Of a stretch of DNA of 64,000 bases, positions 8,740-16,274 are shown piece by piece; the first letter of the stretch is position 1; every line of letters starts with the position of its first letter. A model generated the notes under the pieces. That model made no database searches and was not told the DNA's origin. It was given only the letters and a program-made list of their open reading frames with translations. The position numbers and the translations under genes were made by a program. The stretch is from Parcubacteria bacterium RAAC4_OD1_1 (lineage in GTDB: Bacteria > Patescibacteriota > Minisyncoccia > Phycocordibacterales > UBA9973), in contig AWSN01000001.1 of NCBI GenBank assembly GCA_000505065.1, positions 626,577 to 690,576 of the forward strand. Direction: 5' to 3'.

Positions 8740-11085
8740 ATGCCTTCAAAAAAGAAAGTTTCCAAAAATAAAAAAGTATCAAAAAGGGTCGAAGCTAAAA
8801 TCACCTCTACCTCATTAGAAAAAAAAATAATCAAGAATAGTTTTGTTAAAAGCGTTCAAAAGAGAGACGGTCAAATTGTTCCTTTTGATATAGATAAAGT
8901 TGTGAGTGCTATTAATAAAGCCATGCTTGCTTCAGGTGAGGGTTCTCTCCGAGATGCAGAGGTTGTAGCAAATCGAGTGATGATGGAAGTTGTTAAAATT
9001 TCAAAGAAATACAAGAACTTTATTCCAACAGTTGAAGGTATTCAAGATACAGTAGAGCAAGAACTAATGCTTTCTGATTTTGTGAAAACATCTAAGAACT
9101 ATATTTTATATAGAGATGAGAGAGCCAAGCTTCGCTCTCATGATATTACCGTACCACCACATGTAAAAAAGCTTGCAGATGAAAGTAAAAAATATTTTAG
9201 AAATCCACTTTCTGAATTTGTTTATTATCGATCGTATGCAAAATGGATAGAAAGTGAAAATAGACGTGAAACTTGGGTAGAGACCATTGATCGTTATATA
9301 AATTTTATGAAAGGTAAGATTGGTAATAAACTTAAAGAAAGTGAATATGCTGAAATTAGAGAAACAATACTTAAACAAGAATCAATGCCTTCTATGAGAT
9401 TGCTTCAGTTTGCGGGACCTGCAGCAGAGAAAACAAATGTTTGTGCTTATAATTGTTCGTTTATCGCACCATCAAGATTCCAAGATTTCGGTGAGATAGT
9501 TTATATACTTATGTGTGGTACTGGGGTTGGATTTTCTGTTGAAAGTAAAAATGTTCAATCTCTTCCACAGATCAAAAATCAAACAGGTAAAAAACTTCCT
9601 ACTTATATTGTTCCTGATACAAAGGAAGGATGGGCAGATTCACTTGTTCTTGGTATGAAGACTTGGTTTGATGGTAATGATATAGAATTTGATTTCTCAG
9701 GACTTCGTCCAGCAGGAGCAAGACTTAAAACTTTTGGAGGAAAAAGCTCAGGACCAAAACCACTTATTGATTTGTTAGGTTTTACAAGAGAAAGAATATT
9801 GAAAAGGCAAGGTAGGCACTTAAGGAACATAGATGCTCACGACATAATCTGTAAGATTGGTGAATGTGTTGTTTCTGGTGGTGTTCGTAGAAGTGCTCTT
9901 ATATCTTTATCTGATTTAGATGATTCAGAAATGCGTGATGCAAAGAATGGTACATTTTGGGTCAATGAAGGTCAGAGAATGCTCGCAAATAATTCTGCAG
10001 TTTATAATACAAAACCAACAGAAACAGAATTTTTAAAAGAATGGATTGCTCTTATGGAATCAGGGACAGGGGAGAGAGGAATATTTAATCGTGAATCTCT
10101 TTATAAAACTCTTCCAAAAAGAAGAATTGAAAAATCTGAAGGATATATTGGAGAAATGGGCACAAACCCTTGTGGAGAGATTATTCTTCGTTCAAGACAA
10201 TTTTGTAACTTGTCTGAAGTTGTAGCACGTGCTGAAGATAAAGAAGAAGATTTGATGAGAAAAATTAAAGTTGCAACTATTTTGGGAACTTATCAATCAA
10301 CATTAACAAACTTTGGTTATCTTTCTAAGGAGTGGAAAGACAATTGTGATGCAGAGAGACTTCTTGGTGTGTCTATTACAGGTCAATGGGATTCGACTGT
10401 CGCTCGCAATGGAGAAATTTTGAAAAAATTAAAAAATGAAGCAATAAGAGTAAATAAAATTTATGCAAAAAGATTTGGTGTAGATGAATCTACTTGTATC
10501 ACAGCAGTAAAGCCATCTGGAACTGTGTCTCAGACCGTAGACTGTGCTTCTGGGATGCATCCACGTCATGCCCCTTATTATATTCGTCGTGTTCGTATTT
10601 CTGCTACTGACTCATTATTTAAAATGATGAAAGATCAGGGCGTGCCTTATCATCCAGAGGTTGGACAAAATGTAGAGGATGCCAATACTTATGTTTTAGA
10701 ATTTCCTATGAAAGCCCCAGATGGTGCAATCTGTAAAGATGACATCAGTGCTATTGATCAGCTTGAACACTGGAAAGTGGTAAAAGTAAATTATACAGAA
10801 CATAATCCCTCGGTAACTATTTCAGTGGGGGAAAATGAATGGATTCAAGTTGCTCATTGGTTGTATCAGAATTGGGATATTATTGGTGGATTATCTTTCT
10901 TGCCAAGAACGAACCATGTTTATCAGTTAGCCCCATATGAAGCTATAGATGAGAAGACTTATAAAGAACTCACATCTAGAATGCCTGATTTTGATTTTTC
11001 AAAAATAGTTACTTATGAGCTTCGTGATGAAACAGAAGTAAAAAAAGAATTAGCTTGTGTGTCTGGGGTGTGTGACATTGTTTAA
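8740..11085 (+). CDS. nrdJ: ribonucleotide reductase, class II (adenosylcobalamin-dependent) with N-terminal ATP-cone
   Basis: ATP-cone (VQKRDGQIVPFDIDKV) and the active-site block NPCGEI that characterises class II monomeric-type RNRs; C-terminal CxxC (CVSGVC). The class call is from memory of these motifs. Confidence 0.7.
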   Translation: MPSKKKVSKNKKVSKRVEAKITSTSLEKKIIKNSFVKSVQKRDGQIVPFDIDKVVSAINKAMLASGEGSLRDAEVVANRVMMEVVKISKKYKNFIPTVEGIQDTVEQELMLSDFVKTSKNYILYRDERAKLRSHDITVPPHVKKLADESKKYFRNPLSEFVYYRSYAKWIESENRRETWVETIDRYINFMKGKIGNKLKESEYAEIRETILKQESMPSMRLLQFAGPAAEKTNVCAYNCSFIAPSRFQDFGEIVYILMCGTGVGFSVESKNVQSLPQIKNQTGKKLPTYIVPDTKEGWADSLVLGMKTWFDGNDIEFDFSGLRPAGARLKTFGGKSSGPKPLIDLLGFTRERILKRQGRHLRNIDAHDIICKIGECVVSGGVRRSALISLSDLDDSEMRDAKNGTFWVNEGQRMLANNSAVYNTKPTETEFLKEWIALMESGTGERGIFNRESLYKTLPKRRIEKSEGYIGEMGTNPCGEIILRSRQFCNLSEVVARAEDKEEDLMRKIKVATILGTYQSTLTNFGYLSKEWKDNCDAERLLGVSITGQWDSTVARNGEILKKLKNEAIRVNKIYAKRFGVDESTCITAVKPSGTVSQTVDCASGMHPRHAPYYIRRVRISATDSLFKMMKDQGVPYHPEVGQNVEDANTYVLEFPMKAPDGAICKDDISAIDQLEHWKVVKVNYTEHNPSVTISVGENEWIQVAHWLYQNWDIIGGLSFLPRTNHVYQLAPYEAIDEKTYKELTSRMPDFDFSKIVTYELRDETEVKKELACVSGVCDIV

Positions 11086-11114
11086 GATAATTATTAATCA
11101 ATATTGCTATTTTA

Positions 11115-11636
11115 ATGAAGAAAAATTTAAAGTTTATTGTTATATTTTTATCAGCAATCTTTATAAGATTGATACCATTTAGAGCTCCAAATTTAGAGCC
11201 AATAATGGCATCTATTATGCCTATTGGTAAATCTTATTCAAAAATATTTTCTTTTTCTTTTGGATTTTTAAGTATAGTTTTATTTGATGTTATTACTTTA
11301 AAAATAGGAGTATGGACTCTAATCACAGCAATTATTTATGGACTTTTAGGATTAGGAGCATCTTATTATTTTAAAAATAGAAATGGATGGAGAAGTTATG
11401 CTAAATATGCTTTTTGGGGGACTATATTTTATGATGCTTTGACTGGTCTCACCATCGGTCCACTGTTTTTTGGGCAGTCGTTTATGGTTTCTTTGGTTGG
11501 GCAAATTCCTTTCACTCTTATTCACTTGCTAGGAAACGTTTCTTTTGCTATTATCTTATCACCAGTTATAGAGAGATGGTTAGTAAAAGAATCGGTTAGA
11601 GTTATAAAAGTAGAAAATAGAGTTTTAGTAAGTTAG
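11115..11636 (+). CDS. small polytopic membrane protein (candidate ECF-type S component)
   Basis: 173 aa with about 5 hydrophobic helices. No catalytic motif. Adjacent to B12-related genes. Confidence 0.35.
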   Translation: MKKNLKFIVIFLSAIFIRLIPFRAPNLEPIMASIMPIGKSYSKIFSFSFGFLSIVLFDVITLKIGVWTLITAIIYGLLGLGASYYFKNRNGWRSYAKYAFWGTIFYDALTGLTIGPLFFGQSFMVSLVGQIPFTLIHLLGNVSFAIILSPVIERWLVKESVRVIKVENRVLVS

Positions 11637-11654
11637 TTTTTTACAATTTAATAT

Positions 11655-11830
11655 TTATTGTGTTTGGAAGTGAGGTTTGATCCCTCCACTGTGCCGCAAC
11701 GGTAATATCCTGACTTATGTCTGGGTGAGTCCGATCTTAACACAATAATTGTTTTCCCGAGCAGGATAAAGAATTTATTTTTCTTTGAATAATAAAACCC
11801 TTCGTTTTGCTCGAAGGGTTTTATTATTTA
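11655..11830 (+). promoter_or_regulatory. riboswitch-like structured leader with terminator/antiterminator; candidate cobalamin-class element
   Basis: Closing helix TTATTGTGTT (11655-11664) / AACACAATAA (11739-11748). Core GGAAGUGAGGUUUGAUCC-CU-CCACUG and AGUCCG resemble GGUG..AAUCC, GCCACUG and the start of the B12 box. CCCGAGCA (11756-11763) can pair with the 3' half of the terminator AAAACCCTTCG-TTTTGCT-CGAAGGGTTTT (11795-11822). Confidence 0.35.
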
Positions 11831-11844
11831 TTTAATTAATTTTT

Positions 11845-12330
11845 ATGAAAAAAAATCAAAAAATATCAATTATATTGTTTGCCTTTATTCTTTTATTAAT
11901 ATTATTTTCTTATTTTTTCTTAAATAAAAAGGGAAAAGACACAGAATTGGACATAAAAGAGAATGTAACAATAAATAATCAGATTGAAATTAAGGAAGAA
12001 AAAAATATAAAAGGAATAGAAGTTGAAAAAGTTTTAAATGAAAATAAATTAAGTTATGAATTAAAGGTTTTAGATAAGTCATATATTTCAAGTTTTAATA
12101 GAGGAGACACTCTGGAGGTAGTAATGGAAAAATTAGAACAAGAAAGAGATGATTTTAGTTTTAAGGTAAGTAAACATTCATCATTGGGGTCATTCGTAGA
12201 AGAGATAAACAATATAAGGGGTTCAATTGGTAAATATTTTATTTATTATGTGAATGGTGAAATGGCAGATGTAGGAATTTCTAAATATGTTTTAAAAGAG
12301 GGGGATATTATTAATTGGAAATTAGAATAA
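11845..12330 (+). CDS. DUF4430-like protein (transcobalamin beta-domain-like fold), N-terminal membrane anchor
   Basis: C-terminal GKYFIYYVNGEMADVGISKYVLKEGDIINWKLE matches the DUF4430 signature (W/Y-x-Y-x-V-N-G ... G-D-x-I-x-W). Confidence 0.5.
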   Translation: MKKNQKISIILFAFILLLILFSYFFLNKKGKDTELDIKENVTINNQIEIKEEKNIKGIEVEKVLNENKLSYELKVLDKSYISSFNRGDTLEVVMEKLEQERDDFSFKVSKHSSLGSFVEEINNIRGSIGKYFIYYVNGEMADVGISKYVLKEGDIINWKLE

Positions 12331-12334
12331 TTTT

Positions 12335-14473
12335 ATGAAAAATCTTTTTAAAAAATTTATTGTTTTATTTAGTTTAATGTTTATTATTTTTGGATTTAAT
12401 TTTGTAAATGCTACTACAGAAGAAACCCCTGATGATGTTTCATTAGAATGTAAATCACCACAGATTTTAAATGAAACAAAAGATGCTTGTATTGATGATA
12501 TAACTCTAATTCCAAAAATTTTAATTTGCACAGAACCTCAAATTTTAAATGAATCTGGTGATAGTTGTATTGATAAAAAACCTGAAGTTATTACTTGCAC
12601 AGAATATCAAACCTTACAAGATGGTATATGTATTGATAATAAAGTAATAGAGTCTAAACCAGATCCTGTAAATATTCATTTAAAAATTATTTCAGGGTCT
12701 TTGTCTTTGTATGATAATGATATTTTGGTTACTGCTTGTGATAGTAAAAATGATGGAGTGATGTATGTCACCCCGTATTGTGCCCTTGTTCAATCTGGTA
12801 TTCCAAGTGATTGGAATGATTTTTGGTTAAATTCTATTGGGGATTTTTCAAATGATTTTACTAATAATATTTTTTGGATGTGGCTTGCTAATCTGAATAT
12901 AGATAATACTAATCCTAGTAGTTCTTATAATCTTTCTGCGAAGGAATATGAATTAAAACAAAATGATCAAATATTATTTTATTATAATACTAATCCATTA
13001 GATATTTGGGTTGACAATACAGCTCCTGCTCTAAATGATGTAATTACGATAACAGTAAAAGAACTAGGTTTAGATTCTTCTTGGAATCCAATATGGAAAT
13101 CATCACCTTTATCAAAAATAGTAATTGGTTCCGATATTTTTGATGTAGATACAAATGGAGAATATAAAATTAGTATTTTAAATGCAGATTCTTTTACTAT
13201 TTTAGGACAAAAAAATGGTTTTATAGATAGCTCTTTGTTTACTATTTCACCCGTAATCTCAAATGAAGAAGTGGATAATGATGAAGAAAATATTGATAGA
13301 AATAGTGGGGGAGGAGGTGGAAACAATACACTTGAAAAAACTTTTTCTATTTCAGATGTAACTTCTTTTTTATTTTCAAATCAAGAAGATGACGGATCCT
13401 TTGGTGAAGATATGTATACCGACTGGGGAGTAATTGGAATTTCTAAAATTGATTTGGATGATGATTCTATTTTAGAAAATTTAAGAAATTTTATATTAGA
13501 AAATGATATAGAAAATGGTAGTGTTACAGATTATGCTCGTAGAGCTATGGCTTTACTTTCATTTAATATAAATCCTTATGAAGATACTTCTGTTAATTAT
13601 ATAGAAAAAATAATTAGAGAATTTGATGGTAGTCAGATTGGAGATAAGAATCTTTTCAATGATGATATTTTTTCTTTAATGGTTTTATCAAAAGTCGGAT
13701 ATGAAGGGGACGATGAAATGATAAAAAATATAGTATCTTTTGTGCTTTTAAACCAAGAAAGTGATGGCTCATTTGGTAGTATCGATATGACATCTGCTTT
13801 TATAATGGCACTTGAAGGATTTAAAGATGTAGATGGTGTCGATGAGGCGATAGAGACTGCTTGGGATTATATAATAAACGAACAAAAAGAGGATGGAAGT
13901 TTTGGGAATATGTATTCAACAAGTTGGGCATTGCAAGCACTTTCTTTAAATAATTCTTTTGATTATGAAGTAAAAAAGGGTATAGAATTTTTAGAAGATA
14001 ATCAAAAAGAAGATGGAAGTTTTATAGATGGGTCAATTTCTAATAAAATTTGGGCGACTGTTTATGTGTTACCTGCAATTTATAAATTATCATGGAATGA
14101 AATCTTGGAAGATTTTGATAAACAAGAAATAAATAATGGAAGTAATAATACAACAGAAGAGGATAATAGAAATGAAGAAGAATTAGAGACCTTAAAAATT
14201 GAAGAGATAGAAAAAATAGAGAATATTTTGGTTTTGGAAAATAATATTTCACCAGTTGTTGTAAAAAAAGAGAAAGAAATAATTCCAATTAATTTAAAAG
14301 AATTAAAAAAGATTGAAAATTTAAACAATGGAGATGACTCATCCTTAAATATGTTAACTGCATCAGTTGGGGATGCTCCTGTTTTAGAATCTTTAAACAA
14401 GGATGGTTTCTGGAGAAGTTTATCACTATTTTTCTTCAATGTTTGGAGCTTTATTGTGAATATTTTTATTTAA
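12335..14473 (+). CDS. secreted surface-anchored protein with Cys-rich repeats, a DUF4430-like domain, prenyltransferase/squalene-cyclase-type alpha/alpha-toroid repeats and a C-terminal TM anchor
   Basis: Signal peptide. Three C-x-P-Q-I-L-N-E-x-x-D-x-C-I-D repeats. FWMWLANLN...YELKQNDQILFYY is DUF4430-like. Repeated Q-E/K-x-D-G-S-F-G motifs (QEDDGSFG, QESDGSFG, QKEDGSFG, QKEDGSF) are the QW-type repeats of alpha/alpha toroids. Glu-rich linker and hydrophobic C-terminus. Confidence 0.5.
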   Translation: MKNLFKKFIVLFSLMFIIFGFNFVNATTEETPDDVSLECKSPQILNETKDACIDDITLIPKILICTEPQILNESGDSCIDKKPEVITCTEYQTLQDGICIDNKVIESKPDPVNIHLKIISGSLSLYDNDILVTACDSKNDGVMYVTPYCALVQSGIPSDWNDFWLNSIGDFSNDFTNNIFWMWLANLNIDNTNPSSSYNLSAKEYELKQNDQILFYYNTNPLDIWVDNTAPALNDVITITVKELGLDSSWNPIWKSSPLSKIVIGSDIFDVDTNGEYKISILNADSFTILGQKNGFIDSSLFTISPVISNEEVDNDEENIDRNSGGGGGNNTLEKTFSISDVTSFLFSNQEDDGSFGEDMYTDWGVIGISKIDLDDDSILENLRNFILENDIENGSVTDYARRAMALLSFNINPYEDTSVNYIEKIIREFDGSQIGDKNLFNDDIFSLMVLSKVGYEGDDEMIKNIVSFVLLNQESDGSFGSIDMTSAFIMALEGFKDVDGVDEAIETAWDYIINEQKEDGSFGNMYSTSWALQALSLNNSFDYEVKKGIEFLEDNQKEDGSFIDGSISNKIWATVYVLPAIYKLSWNEILEDFDKQEINNGSNNTTEEDNRNEEELETLKIEEIEKIENILVLENNISPVVVKKEKEIIPINLKELKKIENLNNGDDSSLNMLTASVGDAPVLESLNKDGFWRSLSLFFFNVWSFIVNIFI

Positions 14474-14497
14474 GTATATCTCTGATATAATCAAAAT

Positions 14498-14890
14498 ATG
14501 ACTAATCAAAAAAGGTTTATTTTATTTATTATATTATTAGTATTAATAGTGGGGGCAGTTGGTGTATTTGCCAATATGGGTTCTAAAAAGTCTGGTAAAT
14601 TAGATGGCTTTGCACAATGTTTAGTATCATCTGGGGCCAAATTTTATGGAACTTTTTGGTGTCCTCATTGTCAGTCTCAAAAGAAAATGTTTGGGAGTTC
14701 TGCTAAATATTTACCATATATAGAATGTTCTACTCCAAATGGAGCTGGGCAATTAGATGTGTGTAAAGAAAATGGGATAGAGGGGTATCCTACGTGGGTA
14801 TTTGCAGATGGATCTAGATTATCAGGAGAGTTACCTCTTCAAACTTTATCAGAGAAAACTAGTTGCCCACTTCCTGTAGAAGAAAAATAA
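14498..14890 (+). CDS. thioredoxin-fold thiol:disulfide oxidoreductase (DsbA/BdbD-like), membrane anchored
   Basis: N-terminal TM helix and active-site WCPHC. Confidence 0.55.
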   Translation: MTNQKRFILFIILLVLIVGAVGVFANMGSKKSGKLDGFAQCLVSSGAKFYGTFWCPHCQSQKKMFGSSAKYLPYIECSTPNGAGQLDVCKENGIEGYPTWVFADGSRLSGELPLQTLSEKTSCPLPVEEK

Positions 14891-14891
14891 T

Positions 14892-15431
14892 ATGGAAAAT
14901 TTTATAGAAATAGTAAACAAGATACTTTCTGTTGGTACAATGCTTATGCAAGTGACCATTCTTGTTATACTTTTTAATTTTTTCTTTATGAAAAGAACAG
15001 GGAATAGAATTCTTTTATTTTTTAAAAAATATACTTTTGTTTTTGGTTTTTTGATTGCATTAGGAGCAGTTCTACTCTCACTTTTTTATTCAGAAATTGT
15101 TGGTTTCCCCCCTTGTGAACTTTGTTGGATACAAAGAATTTTTCTCTATCCTCAGCTTGTACTTTTTGGTATGGAGCTTTATAAAAGAGAAAGATCTATC
15201 GTGGATTTTTCTATAGTTTTTGCAATTTTTGGATCTTTGGTTTCTCTCTATCATATATATGTAGAATCAACTGGGGGAAATGGAGTATTTTGTGGCGATC
15301 CTTCAAATGGGGGAGTCTCTTGTTCTGTTAGGTATATTTATGAATTTGGTTATATGACAATGCCTCTTATGGCCCTCACTTTGTCTTTGTTTATAATTAC
15401 AATTTTAATTAATTATAAATATAATAAGTAA
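14892..15431 (+). CDS. dsbB: disulfide bond formation protein B (DsbB/BdbC family)
   Basis: Four TM helices with PPCELCWIQRIF in the first loop (compare E. coli DsbB PCVLCIYER) and a second Cys pair (CGD...C) in the second loop. Confidence 0.6.
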   Translation: MENFIEIVNKILSVGTMLMQVTILVILFNFFFMKRTGNRILLFFKKYTFVFGFLIALGAVLLSLFYSEIVGFPPCELCWIQRIFLYPQLVLFGMELYKRERSIVDFSIVFAIFGSLVSLYHIYVESTGGNGVFCGDPSNGGVSCSVRYIYEFGYMTMPLMALTLSLFIITILINYKYNK

Positions 15432-15451
15432 AAATAAGTAGAAAGTTAAAA

Positions 15452-15490
15452 CCCCAGTCCCAAGCCTTGCTTGGGACTGGGGGGTTTTGA
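15452..15490 (+). terminator. intrinsic terminator after dsbB with CCTTG loop
   Basis: 13-bp stem CCCCAGTCCCAAG / CTTGGGACTGGGG around the loop CCTTG, then GGTTTTG. Confidence 0.55.
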
Positions 15491-15639
15491 GTAATGTTTT
15501 AGAAAGGGTGTTATGGTGGTATAATTAAAAATATGGAACATAAATCTGAAAATAAGATTTGTCAGAATTGCAAAAAGGACTGATTAGAGATTATTTATTG
15601 TGAGAAATGTTATCAGCAGGAGGTGTATTAATAAATATA

Positions 15640-15700
15640 CCCCAGATAGTGGTTCAGATAGTGGTTAAACCACTATCTGGTCCTAAGCAAGGCTTAGGAC
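15640..15700. repeat. hairpin cluster: CAGATAGTGGTT direct duplicate plus perfect 12-bp inverted repeat, then an inverted CCTTG-loop hairpin
   Basis: ccagatagtggtt / cagatagtggtt-aa-accactatctg, then GTCCTAAG-caagg-CTTAGGAC (15680-15700). Its loop is the reverse complement of CCTTG. Confidence 0.4.
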
Positions 15701-15798
15701 TAGGGGATATTACAATAAAAAAGTTCTTTGTTAACTTTTAAAAATTAAAATCATCTATAGTCGAAGATGGTTTGTTTAGTATTAATTAAATATAATTT

Positions 15799-16227
15799 AT
15801 GATTTTTGAAAAATCTGAAAAAAATTCAAAAGAAAAAGATGTTTTGTTTGTATACACTACATGTCATTCATTAGAAGAATTAAGAAGTATTAGCTATGAA
15901 GCGATAGAAAATAAGCTTGCTATTTCAGCAGATTATTGGGCTGTAGGTTCTATATATCCATGGAAAAAAGTTTTACAAGAGACGGATCAATATATGCTTG
16001 TTTTTACAACAGAAAAAGAGTTTGTTGAAAAACTTACAAAATTAATAGAAAGTTTGCATTCTTATAGTGTTCCAATGATAGCTATTACTGATTCACTCTT
16101 ATTTAATTCTACCTATAGATTTTGGATTGATAGCACTTTGCATGATAACAATAAATATTTAAGCAAACACGAAGCTAGTATGAATAAAGAAGAAGATGGG
16201 GTGTATCACTATGGAAAACTTAAATAA
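15799..16227 (+). CDS. cutA: CutA1-like divalent-cation tolerance protein
   Basis: VYTTCHSLEE...LAISADYWAVGSIYPWKK...HSYSVPMIAI fits the CutA pattern (LAAC..SiY.W.G...HPYEVPE). Confidence 0.45.
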   Translation: MIFEKSEKNSKEKDVLFVYTTCHSLEELRSISYEAIENKLAISADYWAVGSIYPWKKVLQETDQYMLVFTTEKEFVEKLTKLIESLHSYSVPMIAITDSLLFNSTYRFWIDSTLHDNNKYLSKHEASMNKEEDGVYHYGKLK

Positions 16228-16274
16228 TCTTTAAAAAAATATACCCCAAATAAGATTTATGATATAATAATCTT

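Noticed and set aside
11655-11830. Considered SRP (4.5S) RNA, a tRNA-like fold (GGTTTGATCC T-loop-like) or RNase P for this structured region.
   Set aside because: No GNRA-capped helix 8 with AGCAG internal loop. The 5' part is too AT-rich and unpaired for a tRNA. Too short for RNase P. The terminator/antiterminator layout fits a cis-regulatory leader better.
15530-15632. Mini-ORF MEHKSENKICQNCKKD-TGA-LEIIYCEKCYQQEVY that would form a CxxC...CxxC zinc ribbon if the in-frame TGA were read through.
   Set aside because: TGA is a stop in this genome, the ORF is tiny, and there is no ribosome-binding signal. Probably chance or a decayed gene.
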